This document shows positions 25,533 through 34,383 of a stretch of DNA of 37,376 nucleotides, one piece after another (positions within the stretch are counted from its first letter, which is position 1; every line of letters starts with the position of its first letter). The position numbers and the translations under genes are program-made. The stretch lies in IMG/VR virus record IMGVR_UViG_3300025392_000001, positions 1 to 37,376 of that record; one strand, given 5' to 3'. The stretch comes from a virus. Its lineage: Duplodnaviria > Caudoviricetes. The notes beneath the pieces are model-generated. The model did no database searches. It was not told the DNA's origin and worked only from the letters and a program-made list of their open reading frames with translations.

Positions 25533-26040
25533 TAGTTGGGCTTGGAACTATGCCCAATGGAGTGATGTTGAAGATATGTATCAACTTGCCAAAGTGCATT
25601 TTGAAAGAGAGATGGATACTATTTTTACAATCAATGATAACGCATATCGTTATGCATTAGATATTAGCACCAGTCATCAACGACATAATCTAGCCCTGGA
25701 ACAACTATTGGTCTGCAGAGACAAGGCCACTAATAAATTATTGGCCTATAGTTGGTTGGGCAGAGGCCACCGCACTCCATATAGCAATGATGAAATGGCA
25801 GAAGCCAGAATGTTGCACACTGATCTTGAATTAAGTAGTCGTCACCGCATACACATCTGTGTTCAAGCAATTAACTATTGGGAAACATGGGCCAAAGCCT
25901 GCGGCATACCTATATTGGTATCTACTTCAATCCGCGAAGAACAAGACACATTTTTACGATTACACGAGCGTTTAGGATTCATTGTTCGTGGCGGAATATG
26001 TTATAAAAGAATCATACCAAAGGAAAACAAAAATGATTAA
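25477..26040 (+). CDS. GNAT-fold protein (putative acetyltransferase)
   Basis: C-terminal WAKACGIPILVSTS...FLRLHERLGF resembles GNAT motif B; start may be 25462 or 25477. Confidence 0.5.
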   Translation: MTTTLQKSLFQKYQCSPNDSWAWNYAQWSDVEDMYQLAKVHFEREMDTIFTINDNAYRYALDISTSHQRHNLALEQLLVCRDKATNKLLAYSWLGRGHRTPYSNDEMAEARMLHTDLELSSRHRIHICVQAINYWETWAKACGIPILVSTSIREEQDTFLRLHERLGFIVRGGICYKRIIPKENKND

Positions 26041-26299
26041 GGCAGTGGGAACAAAATTAGTAATTGAGCGTGTGGAACGCGAACAACAAACAGCAGGTGG
26101 TATCTTTATCACCAACCAAGCAGATCCAAACCCCTTGGCTGTGGTTCTAAGCAAGGGTGATGATGTCACTATCAAAGTCAATGAAGGTGACAAGATCGCA
26201 GTATTGTGGGGCAACACAGCCACACAGCCCTACAACGGCAAGAACTATTATATAGTGGATCAAACAGGCGTCACAGCCGTGGAGAAAGAAAATGACTAA
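26033..26299 (+). CDS. groES: GroES-like co-chaperonin
   Basis: IKAVGTKLVIE...QQTAGGIFI (mobile loop)...AVVLSKG...VNEGDKI; RBS AAGGAA. Confidence 0.8.
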   Translation: MIKAVGTKLVIERVEREQQTAGGIFITNQADPNPLAVVLSKGDDVTIKVNEGDKIAVLWGNTATQPYNGKNYYIVDQTGVTAVEKEND

Positions 26300-27122
26300 T
26301 ATATTGCCAATCCATAGCAAAGATGGACACACCTATTGGGTTGAAGAAGGTGATACTCTTTATATCCAGCGTTTACAAGCAGGACAATATCAAAGAACAA
26401 ACTGGAAGTTTGCTCAAACACTTGTTGATGTTTGGACACGAGCCTTAGATGTTGGAACCAATAATGCTTGTAATGCTATTCATTATGCCAAACGATTTGG
26501 ATATGTAGAATGTTTTGAACCTACGCCATTAGCACAACAATTATGGACTAACACCGTTAGAGACAACGGAACACAAAATGTTATTTTACACAAAGTTGGA
26601 TGTGGTGAAAAACAATACGCAACGGAAATTATAACTCATTGGAAAAATGGCGGACACAATCATTTAACTCATTATGACAAAAATCCACGCACTCATCAAG
26701 AGCGTAGCACACGCCTTAAAGTTCCAGTTCAGGTTGAAACTATAGATTCTTATAATTTTCAGGATGTTGGTTTTATTAAAATTGATGTTGAAGGTTATGA
26801 AAAGTTTGTACTAGAAGGTGCCCAACAAACTATTGCTCGTTGTCGCCCAACCATTCAATTAGAAATTGTGGCTAATCAATGTCGCAAATTTAATTATAAA
26901 GCAGAAGATATGATTGAATGGATTCGTTCATTGGATTATACTATTGTAAGTAAAAATCGCGGAAATTTATATGGTAAGTTTAGTAGTAATGCTCGTCAGG
27001 TGCTTTATGAAAATCAACATTATAAGCGTGAAATGGACCTATGGTTTCAACCTAATGAACGAGTGCGTCCAGAAATGACAAAAGTAGATACATTTAAAAT
27101 ATTATTTGAGGAAATAAAATGA
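26292..27122 (+). CDS. FkbM-family SAM-dependent methyltransferase
   Basis: ALDVGTN, VECFEP, FIKIDVEGYEKFVLEGA...RPTIQLE. Confidence 0.9.
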   Translation: MTNILPIHSKDGHTYWVEEGDTLYIQRLQAGQYQRTNWKFAQTLVDVWTRALDVGTNNACNAIHYAKRFGYVECFEPTPLAQQLWTNTVRDNGTQNVILHKVGCGEKQYATEIITHWKNGGHNHLTHYDKNPRTHQERSTRLKVPVQVETIDSYNFQDVGFIKIDVEGYEKFVLEGAQQTIARCRPTIQLEIVANQCRKFNYKAEDMIEWIRSLDYTIVSKNRGNLYGKFSSNARQVLYENQHYKREMDLWFQPNERVRPEMTKVDTFKILFEEIK

Positions 27123-27439
27123 CTGAAAAAATTATCGCAAATGCCCCAACAGAAGATGAAGTGCTCACAGCCAGCCTTAAACTAATTGTGGATCGCTTTG
27201 TTGAAATGGGCTATGAAGAAAAGATCATATTTGGCAAAGTAAACTTAATCCTAAACAAATTTATTACCAATGAAGGCACATTCACAGCGGAGTATATCAA
27301 ACTGGCAGAAAACGCAATTAAGATGCGAGCATCAAAAGAGTTTGAACAAGCCATTATGAATCCAGAAGGCCCTGCCAATGATGGTAGTGGTATTAGCCTT
27401 ATTGTGCCAGGAGGCGGCATAGGCGGAGGTAGACTATGA
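27119..27439 (+). CDS. Hypothetical protein
   Basis: 106 aa, ATGA overlaps at both ends, GAGG RBS. Confidence 0.7.
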   Translation: MTEKIIANAPTEDEVLTASLKLIVDRFVEMGYEEKIIFGKVNLILNKFITNEGTFTAEYIKLAENAIKMRASKEFEQAIMNPEGPANDGSGISLIVPGGGIGGGRL

Positions 27440-27921
27440 AAGGAAAACCTCTAAAAGGACACATGCGTGTTCGTGATCATGTTCTGTATCGTCGTTGGTC
27501 ATTCATGCGTCAGGTATGCAACAATCCCCAACATTCAGACTACAAGAGTTATGGAGGCAAGGGCGTTAAAGTAGATCCTGCCTTCAATGAGTTTTGGGAC
27601 TTTGTTGATATCATTGAAACCAAGTTTGGTTATCCACCTAACTTTGATGCCAGTTGGAAATTGGCCCGTAAGGATCACGACAAAGATTATACCATTAAAA
27701 ATATGGAATGGAGTAAGAGCAAGGCAGTGGGTCGCCGCTCTCCAAGAACACACATCTTGACCTACAAAGGCAAGACCAAACCCTTAAAACTATGGTCAGA
27801 AGAATTGGGCATAAACTTTTTTACATTATTAAATCGTGTAGAATTGAATTGGAAGCCAGCACAGGTATTGGGATTTCAACCTGGTCCTCGTGCTCAAAAA
27901 CTAGCCCGTAAAAAACGATAA
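27436..27921 (+). CDS. HNH-like endonuclease (YGGxG family) with C-terminal HTH, possibly degenerate
   Basis: LYRRWSFMRQVC-x-N...YKSYGGKGV...LARKDHDKDY-x-x-x-N; C-terminal LTYKGKTKPLKLWSEELGI. Confidence 0.7.
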   Translation: MKGKPLKGHMRVRDHVLYRRWSFMRQVCNNPQHSDYKSYGGKGVKVDPAFNEFWDFVDIIETKFGYPPNFDASWKLARKDHDKDYTIKNMEWSKSKAVGRRSPRTHILTYKGKTKPLKLWSEELGINFFTLLNRVELNWKPAQVLGFQPGPRAQKLARKKR

Positions 27922-27950
27922 AAACTCTTTCTCGCAAGTTTGAAGTTTTT

Positions 27951-27975
27951 ACCCACAATCCTGTGGGTTTTTTTT
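27951..27975 (+). terminator. Rho-independent terminator ending the early operon
   Basis: acccaca-atcc-tgtgggt followed by a T run. Confidence 0.85.
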
Positions 27976-28098
27976 GACTTAAATATTCAGTGCTAGTGTT
28001 AATGATCCCACGCAGGATGCCAGTAAGAGTGTTTTGATCATTTCCCCTTACAACCATAAAGCCAAATGCGTCTAGCATACCACTCGTAAATATCCATT

Positions 28099-28515
28099 AT
28101 GGATAACGAGCAATTTCAAAAAAAGATCAATGGTCTAATCAAATACAGCAACAAATCAGAAACATGGAAACTCATAGATAAAACAAAAGTCTGTGACTAT
28201 TGTCATGCTGAAGTTAAGAATCAAAGAATAGAATGCAATGCCTATAGATTGGGCACACCCCACGAATACTTTAAACATATATGTAGACCCTGTGGCTTTG
28301 TGTTGTTTGATGGCAGCATGATTAGAGAACCACATCGCAGACCAGATAAGCCCATTGAAATTAAAAACACAGCGGGACGCAGACGCAGCCGTGAAGTTCA
28401 AACTCCTGATGGTGTATTTCCCAGCCTTACTAAAATGGCTGAATTTTATAAGAAGACGCCCAGTACTATGCTGACACTTATGAAGAAAAAACCCACAGAA
28501 TACTATTATATATGA
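28099..28515 (+). CDS. Zn-finger protein with NUMOD1/HTH-like C-terminus
   Basis: CDYC...CRPC; TPDGVFPSLTKMAEFYK; TAAATA at 28087-92. Confidence 0.65.
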   Translation: MDNEQFQKKINGLIKYSNKSETWKLIDKTKVCDYCHAEVKNQRIECNAYRLGTPHEYFKHICRPCGFVLFDGSMIREPHRRPDKPIEIKNTAGRRRSREVQTPDGVFPSLTKMAEFYKKTPSTMLTLMKKKPTEYYYI

Positions 28516-28937
28516 AAGAAGCATTTGTTTATCGCTGGCGTAATACACAAACCAAACAATGGTATGTAGGCTATCATAAAGGCACACCTGATGATGGTTA
28601 TATCTGTAGTAGTATTGTAGCCAAACCCTTAATTGAATCTAATAATAATTGGGTGCGTAAGATACTTAGATTTGGTTCTAAACAAGAAATGATTAATCTT
28701 GAAAAGCGTATTCTTAAAGGACTTAACGCTAGACGCAATCCTCATAGTTTAAACAGAAGCAACGGTAGTCCCGCTCGCTATAGTTCATTTGACATATTAG
28801 GTTATAATCTTAACAATATGTCAGCACATGAAATAGCATTAAAATACAAAGAAGAAATAGATTCCAACAACAAAGAGCGTAGATTGGTTGTAGAGGAATG
28901 GCTTTTAAACAAGGTATTTTTCAAGAACGCTAAATAA
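28512..28937 (+). CDS. GIY-YIG endonuclease (Seg-like)
   Basis: FVYRW...WYVGYH...GYICSS...LEKRIL...SLN. Confidence 0.8.
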   Translation: MKEAFVYRWRNTQTKQWYVGYHKGTPDDGYICSSIVAKPLIESNNNWVRKILRFGSKQEMINLEKRILKGLNARRNPHSLNRSNGSPARYSSFDILGYNLNNMSAHEIALKYKEEIDSNNKERRLVVEEWLLNKVFFKNAK

Positions 28938-28944
28938 AGTATCT

Positions 28945-29325
28945 ATGAATGTTAATCAAAAAAATTCAGAATCAACAGAAAAGCCAGGTAGAGGTGGTGC
29001 ACGCCCTGGTGCTGGCCGTCCCAAAGGTTCTAAGAGTCATGTGACTATTGCTGGACTATTAGAAGCCATTGAGAATAAAACAAATGGCCGCACCTATGAA
29101 GAACTATTGGTTGAAGACTTTATCAACGCACGCCTTGACGGTGATACACAATTGACACACAAGTATCACACACTACTATCTAATAAGTTTGTGGCTAACT
29201 TAAATGAGATCACCGTAGAAGACATTGGCGACCAAGTAGAAGGTAAGCGTACAGCGTTCTTAGAAGCGGTGAATTCTATCATAAACATAAATAAAACAAA
29301 GGACAATGAAGATGGCCAAGAATAA
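28945..29325 (+). CDS. Terminase small subunit (putative)
   Basis: N-terminal RGGARPGAGRPKGSK motif; preceded by TAAATA (28931-36). Confidence 0.65.
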   Translation: MNVNQKNSESTEKPGRGGARPGAGRPKGSKSHVTIAGLLEAIENKTNGRTYEELLVEDFINARLDGDTQLTHKYHTLLSNKFVANLNEITVEDIGDQVEGKRTAFLEAVNSIININKTKDNEDGQE

Positions 29326-29611
29326 TGGAACTTCTAGTCCTGCTAAGAGAGCCACACAAAAACGCTATGACATGAAAAAGAATTATGGTCTTAGTGTAGC
29401 AGAAGCAGATTATCTTAGAACTCTACCATGTGAAATATGTGGTGTGAAACATAAGAAGATGTGCATTGATCATGTAATACCTGGCACATACCGTGGGGTG
29501 TTATGTAATAGTTGTAATCCTATGCTTGGATGGTTTGAAAAGCGTAGAGAGATTATAGAAGAATATTTGGAACGAGGGCCACAAAATGCCATTAGTAAAA
29601 AGCAAGAGTAA
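29312..29611 (+). CDS. Endonuclease VII-family protein
   Basis: KKNYGLS...CEICG...CIDH...RGVLCNSCN-x-x-LG; start 29306 or 29312. Confidence 0.8.
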   Translation: MAKNNGTSSPAKRATQKRYDMKKNYGLSVAEADYLRTLPCEICGVKHKKMCIDHVIPGTYRGVLCNSCNPMLGWFEKRREIIEEYLERGPQNAISKKQE

Positions 29612-29744
29612 GCAAGCGTTTAAAGAAAATATCAGCCGTGAGGTCAAGGCTGGAAAACCTGTGAAGCAAGCCGTCGCAATCGCATATAGCGTAAAACGAT
29701 CTGCACAGGACAAGAAAGCCTCAATCACTAAAGGAAAAAAGTAA
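29586..29744 (+). CDS. Small basic protein (52 aa, not in ORF track)
   Basis: [35 protein letters not shown]..., a common phage small basic family; GAGG RBS. Confidence 0.8.
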   Translation: MPLVKSKSKQAFKENISREVKAGKPVKQAVAIAYSVKRSAQDKKASITKGKK

Positions 29745-29745
29745 A

Positions 29746-30204
29746 ATGGATAACTCTACATTAGGCCGCAAGGCTGGTAATGATATGAAGAAAGGTGCTG
29801 GCTTACCTAAGATGGGTAACAACCCAGCAAGTTGGCAAACCGCTGACAAAGGTCTTGGCTTCAATGGACAAGAAGTAACAGAACAGCGTGCCTCGTCAAG
29901 CAAATGGAATGTGAATCAACATACTGGACATTTAAATGATGGCCGTGATGTTCAGTTCCGTCAAATGCCTAACACCAAAGGCAACATTGGTGAGATGGGA
30001 AGCAAGCGTGTTCCTCCAACCAGTGCCAACAACGGCAAAACAAACTTCAGTGACCCAGATAAGATCAACATGGGTGCTGGTCCTCGCAGTTATGGTGGTC
30101 CTGCTCGTTCATGGGATCCCAAGCGTGGTCAAAACTTTGTAGGCAATCCTGATAAGATTCAAGATCGTCAATTGTTCAATAACCGTGGTAACAAGGATCA
30201 ATAA
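29746..30204 (+). CDS. Hypothetical G/N/K-rich protein
   Basis: 152 aa, RBS AAGGAA. Confidence 0.7.
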   Translation: MDNSTLGRKAGNDMKKGAGLPKMGNNPASWQTADKGLGFNGQEVTEQRASSSKWNVNQHTGHLNDGRDVQFRQMPNTKGNIGEMGSKRVPPTSANNGKTNFSDPDKINMGAGPRSYGGPARSWDPKRGQNFVGNPDKIQDRQLFNNRGNKDQ

Positions 30205-30206
30205 TC

Positions 30207-30581
30207 ATGCCTGTACAATATAATTCTACAGACTATTTCAGCCCAGCAGGTCCTACGGTAGCTCTAGTGGCAACAACCGTAAGTTCCTATGCTGCCGTAA
30301 CAAGTCTAGTTCCAGTTCAGCGTTATTACATTACCAACACTGGCACAACACCTGTTCAAGTTCGCTTCCATGTTAATACAAGTTCAGGCGTTGCGGTATT
30401 GGCCACTCCAGGCTCACCAACATATGGTCCTGTGTTAGGTGCTGGTGATGACTTTACCTGTGCCCTTCCACAAGAAGCACAAGGTCAATTGCCAAATGGT
30501 TTTACAACTTCAGCAGTCATCAGCGTTATTAGTCCAAGTGGTTCTAATAATGTTTACATTACTCCAATGATGGGACAATAA
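30207..30581 (+). CDS. Small beta-rich protein, possible capsid decoration
   Basis: 124 aa, T/S/V/P-rich; YITNTGTTPVQVRF and NVYITP motifs. Confidence 0.55.
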   Translation: MPVQYNSTDYFSPAGPTVALVATTVSSYAAVTSLVPVQRYYITNTGTTPVQVRFHVNTSSGVAVLATPGSPTYGPVLGAGDDFTCALPQEAQGQLPNGFTTSAVISVISPSGSNNVYITPMMGQ

Positions 30582-30582
30582 T

Positions 30583-30765
30583 ATGGAAAAGAAACACATG
30601 TGGATCAAAGATGCTATCAAGCATCCTGGAGCACTACACAAAGAACTAGGTGTTCCCATGGGCAAGAAGATCCCTGCCAAGAAACTGGCCAAGGCTGCTA
30701 AGGCACCTGGCGTTCTAGGCAAGAGAGCACGCCTTGCTGAAACTCTAAAAGGATTTAAAAAATGA
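30583..30765 (+). CDS. Small basic protein
   Basis: WIKDAIKHPGALHKELGVP-x-GKKIPAKKL...KRARLAETL, a common phage family. Confidence 0.8.
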   Translation: MEKKHMWIKDAIKHPGALHKELGVPMGKKIPAKKLAKAAKAPGVLGKRARLAETLKGFKK

Positions 30766-31007
30766 ACTACGAAAAATTAAGACCCATGAAAGAAAACTTT
30801 GGTAGTGGTCCAAGGATTGGTAACACTAATCCCAGTGAGAAGCGTAAGAACTTCAAGGAAGGCAAGATGGAAAGAGCTGACCTTGCAGATCAAATCAAGA
30901 CTGCTTACGCTCACCACTCTTGGGAGAAATCTAATACTAAGCATGACCCACAGGTTGAGCCTATCGTAGAAGAGATTAAACTTCCAAAGCGTTTTAAAAA
31001 GTCTTAA
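30762..31007 (+). CDS. Hypothetical protein
   Basis: 81 aa, ATGA overlap, AAGGA RBS. Confidence 0.7.
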   Translation: MNYEKLRPMKENFGSGPRIGNTNPSEKRKNFKEGKMERADLADQIKTAYAHHSWEKSNTKHDPQVEPIVEEIKLPKRFKKS

Positions 31008-31015
31008 AAGGTTAT

Positions 31016-31040
31016 GGGCTGTCCTTAACAGCCCTTCATT
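31016..31040 (+). terminator. Hairpin, weak terminator or processing site
   Basis: gggctgt-cctta-acagccc followed by ttcatt. Confidence 0.5.
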
Positions 31041-31054
31041 ATATTTGAAAGGAA

Positions 31055-31864
31055 ATGATTATGAAAAAGCCCACAGGCAAACCAGTAGATGTCTGGAATG
31101 ATGAAATCAAAGAAGATTCAACACTAACACCAATTGAACCAGAAGTTTTAGACTTTGAAGAACCTATTGAAACAATCAACTCAGTAGACGCACTAAAACC
31201 AGAACCAATTGAATACAGCCTAGAAGGCCTGAAGTCAGACTTCCCAACTGCCACTGAGTTGGAGAAGTTTGTATTTGATGAGACTCGTGTTTCATTAAAG
31301 TTAAAAGGTCTAGCACCTGAAAAGAAATATGAGATTGCCCTAGCAGTTTTACGCAATGAAGACATTGATCCACGCTACATCACAGGTGCTAACCCTTATG
31401 TAGACAACAATGATCTAATCCCAGAAGATCCAATCAAACCAATTCCTAAACGCGATCCACGCTTGCCCTCTAACAGCCAAGTTATGAGTGTGTTCCACGA
31501 TATGGCTGTGCCTCACCCTGACTACAACATGCGAGCAGTTGATGCCAAAGTTGTTTGTCAATTCAAGACCTATGATGATGGCAGCATTTCATATGAAATC
31601 ATGGGACCATTAGAGAAACAATCATTTGGTGAGAAGATTGACAAGTATGGTCGTCCACGCCCAGAGAAGTTTGTATGGATTGATCCACGCACTGGTGAAC
31701 AAGCCATTCGTTACGCTGATGGCACCTACACCAAAATGGGACAACGCCTACGCACCCTAATGGAAAGCAAGCGTGTTAACCGTACACAAAGTTTCTGGTC
31801 AGTTTGGATTGATCGTTCATTCACTCAGTTCAATCAAGGTGCCATTGACAATCCCTGGAATTGA
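31055..31864 (+). CDS. Hypothetical protein
   Basis: 269 aa, RBS AAAGGAA, strongly biased codons. Confidence 0.75.
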   Translation: MIMKKPTGKPVDVWNDEIKEDSTLTPIEPEVLDFEEPIETINSVDALKPEPIEYSLEGLKSDFPTATELEKFVFDETRVSLKLKGLAPEKKYEIALAVLRNEDIDPRYITGANPYVDNNDLIPEDPIKPIPKRDPRLPSNSQVMSVFHDMAVPHPDYNMRAVDAKVVCQFKTYDDGSISYEIMGPLEKQSFGEKIDKYGRPRPEKFVWIDPRTGEQAIRYADGTYTKMGQRLRTLMESKRVNRTQSFWSVWIDRSFTQFNQGAIDNPWN

Positions 31865-31865
31865 T

Positions 31866-32222
31866 ATGCTAATTGATCTATTTGCCGCAGAAGACAAATA
31901 CAATAAACAACGGCATAGAGCAAAACAGCGTGGAGTTGATTTCAAATTGTCCTTTGAAGACTGGATTAACATCTGGTTAGAATCAGGACATTGGAATCAA
32001 CGAGGTAATGGAAAAGGCAAATACAATATGAGTCGCATTAACGATACAGGTGCGTATGAAATTGGTAATGTCTTTATCCAAAGCCATGAACACAATGCTC
32101 GTGACGGACATATTGGTATTCCTAAAACTCCTGAAGAATGTTTAAAAAATAGTTTAGGCAATTTAAAACGCTGGGAACAAAAAAGAAAGGAATTAATCCA
32201 TGGACTCAACCAAGAACTTTGA
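31866..32222 (+). CDS. HNH-like endonuclease
   Basis: AKQRGVDFKLSFEDW-x-x-IW...MSRINDTGAYEIGNV-x-I...N; ATG 31866 follows the upstream stop. Confidence 0.7.
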   Translation: MLIDLFAAEDKYNKQRHRAKQRGVDFKLSFEDWINIWLESGHWNQRGNGKGKYNMSRINDTGAYEIGNVFIQSHEHNARDGHIGIPKTPEECLKNSLGNLKRWEQKRKELIHGLNQEL

Positions 32223-32484
32223 AAAGCAAGTTCTGGACACACGCATTCTCCAGAAGGTAAATGGCGCACACCGTGAAGCCTTCTTGGAGAAGTTTCCAAA
32301 TCAACTAGAACATATTCTACGCTTGATCACAGAGCGCCTACACCTAGGCCTAGACAAGCGTGATGGTGTGCGTGCCAATGATCCAGACACATGGATTCTC
32401 TCAGCAGAAGAAATTTGTTCATTGGCTGCGGCCATGAATCAAATAAACCAAATAAGGTCTAGCCTAAAAGATGTTCAATCATGA
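32200..32484 (+). CDS. Hypothetical protein
   Basis: 94 aa, AAGGAA RBS. Confidence 0.7.
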   Translation: MDSTKNFEKQVLDTRILQKVNGAHREAFLEKFPNQLEHILRLITERLHLGLDKRDGVRANDPDTWILSAEEICSLAAAMNQINQIRSSLKDVQS

Positions 32485-32704
32485 TTGGGATCCCTATCAG
32501 AAGTTAGAAGAACTATTTGTTCGTGACGCTGTGCATGAACATAATGTAGATGCCATGGGTGAAAAGTTATCACAGGTTTGCCACCTAATGGAACAAATGG
32601 CTGAACAGATAAAACATTTGACCAATGCTGTGGCAGGCCTACAAAGACAAAATAAAATACTTCATGATAGGCTCACAAGAGTAGAGTTTAAAGAATATGA
32701 TTGA
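32471..32704 (+). CDS. Hypothetical coiled-coil protein
   Basis: 77 aa, overlaps both neighbours. Confidence 0.6.
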   Translation: MFNHDWDPYQKLEELFVRDAVHEHNVDAMGEKLSQVCHLMEQMAEQIKHLTNAVAGLQRQNKILHDRLTRVEFKEYD

Positions 32705-34322
32705 TTCCAATGTTATCATGCGTAGGGCTGTGCGTTGGGTCTGTGATGAACATAACCTAAAGCCAGATAGCCTAAAACTATTTGATACCTACACTCGCAC
32801 AAAGTTTGAAGACTTTGCTATCAGTGTGGCTGATGAGATGCAATACAATCAGTTAAAGTATTTCAGGCCCTTTAATCATCAGATGAAGTTTTTTGCTACA
32901 GGCGGCAGTCCACGCAGAGGCATCCTGGCTGCTAACCGTATTGGTAAAACGGTATCAACATGTTTTGAAACTGCTTATCACCTGACTGGACTTTATCCTG
33001 ATTGGTGGCCTGAAAATGCCAAGCGTTTCACAAAGCCCATAACCGTGTTTGTCAGTGGTGAAGGATGGGAACAGGTTGCCCGCGTTCTACAAGATGAATT
33101 GATTGGTACTAAAGATGTCAAGATCAAAGATCACATTGGCACAGGTGCCATACCCCGTAATTGCATTGTGCAGGATACCATGCGATGTGATGGTGCTAAC
33201 ATTTTGGGTGTTGAGGTTCGTCATGTTTCAGGTGCTAATTCATATTTGCTATTTGGTAACTACACGCAGGAAGTTCGTAACTTACAGGGTTTCAAATTAG
33301 ATCTATGTGTGTTTGATGAACAACCACCTGACGCAATCTTTTCAGAATTAGTCACTCGTACTGCCACAACACAAGGACAGGTGCTTTGTTCATTCACACC
33401 ATTAAAAGGCTTGAATGGATTAGTAAGTAAATTTTGGTATGAAGAAGATGGTTATGAACATGTTCGCGTAACATGGGATGATGTTCCAGAATATGATCCT
33501 TGGGGCGAACCTTTCTTGCTTATGGAAACACGCCGCCAATTGGAGCGTGATTATCTACCACATGAGCGTGAAGCTCGTATTGCTGGTGTGCCAGTTATGG
33601 GTCAAGGTGCTGTATTTCAAATACGCAATTGGCCCACATACAAGACTGGAGATTTTAACTTCCGTGAAATGAATGACATAGAGCGTGTGATTGCCCTAGA
33701 CCTTGGATTGGTTCGTGATAAAACGGTTATCAGTTTGATGTATTGGAATCCACGCGAAAATGAAGCATGGCTACATTCTCAAATTGTAGTCAAAGGCACA
33801 GAAGAAGCCGCTCCTGTAAATTGGATACAACATCTAATGCGTTCAGAAGTATTTGGCTGTCCTATTGTTCTACCCAGTGATGCCAACACAGCGGGCCGCT
33901 ATACAATGTCAGCCCTAAGCCTAAGGCAGATGTTTGAAGAATACAATCTCAATGTTGTTGCCCATCCTGTTATGAATCCTCCTGATAGTGAGGGCAAAGT
34001 AACTAATCACAAATCATTTGGTGTAAACACAATGCGTCAAATGTTAGAGTTAGGAACACTACATGTCAATGAAAACTGCGTGGAATTTCTGCGTGAAGCC
34101 AAGAATTATTTTGTGGATGAAAAAGGAAGATTTTCAGACCCTGATGATTGTCTAGATTCAGCCCGCTATGCTTTATTAGGTTGTTTAAATGGATGGTCAG
34201 AACCTTATGATCACAAGACTCCTCAACAGCGTATGGCTGAATATAGGATGATGGCTGAGAACATCAAAGCCCGCAAAGAAATTAATATACCACAATGGAA
34301 GCGTCCTTTAGAAGTTAGATAA
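32697..34322 (+). CDS. terL: Terminase large subunit
   Basis: Walker A AANRIGKT, Walker B CVFDEQP, FTP coupling motif, nuclease IALDLG and DDCLDSARY. Confidence 0.95.
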   Translation: MIDSNVIMRRAVRWVCDEHNLKPDSLKLFDTYTRTKFEDFAISVADEMQYNQLKYFRPFNHQMKFFATGGSPRRGILAANRIGKTVSTCFETAYHLTGLYPDWWPENAKRFTKPITVFVSGEGWEQVARVLQDELIGTKDVKIKDHIGTGAIPRNCIVQDTMRCDGANILGVEVRHVSGANSYLLFGNYTQEVRNLQGFKLDLCVFDEQPPDAIFSELVTRTATTQGQVLCSFTPLKGLNGLVSKFWYEEDGYEHVRVTWDDVPEYDPWGEPFLLMETRRQLERDYLPHEREARIAGVPVMGQGAVFQIRNWPTYKTGDFNFREMNDIERVIALDLGLVRDKTVISLMYWNPRENEAWLHSQIVVKGTEEAAPVNWIQHLMRSEVFGCPIVLPSDANTAGRYTMSALSLRQMFEEYNLNVVAHPVMNPPDSEGKVTNHKSFGVNTMRQMLELGTLHVNENCVEFLREAKNYFVDEKGRFSDPDDCLDSARYALLGCLNGWSEPYDHKTPQQRMAEYRMMAENIKARKEINIPQWKRPLEVR

Positions 34323-34350
34323 GTCTAATCTATGCCTAATCTAAGAAATA

Positions 34351-34358
34351 TATAAATA
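34351..34358 (+). promoter_or_regulatory. T4-late-like promoter TATAAATA upstream of portal
   Basis: Exact TATAAATAAAAGAAA, identical context to 2358; no -35 element. Confidence 0.65.
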
Positions 34359-34383
34359 AAAGAAACCATTTAGGAATCCCGCA

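Noticed and set aside
27951-27975. Bidirectional terminator
   Set aside because: On the minus strand the hairpin is followed by As rather than Ts.
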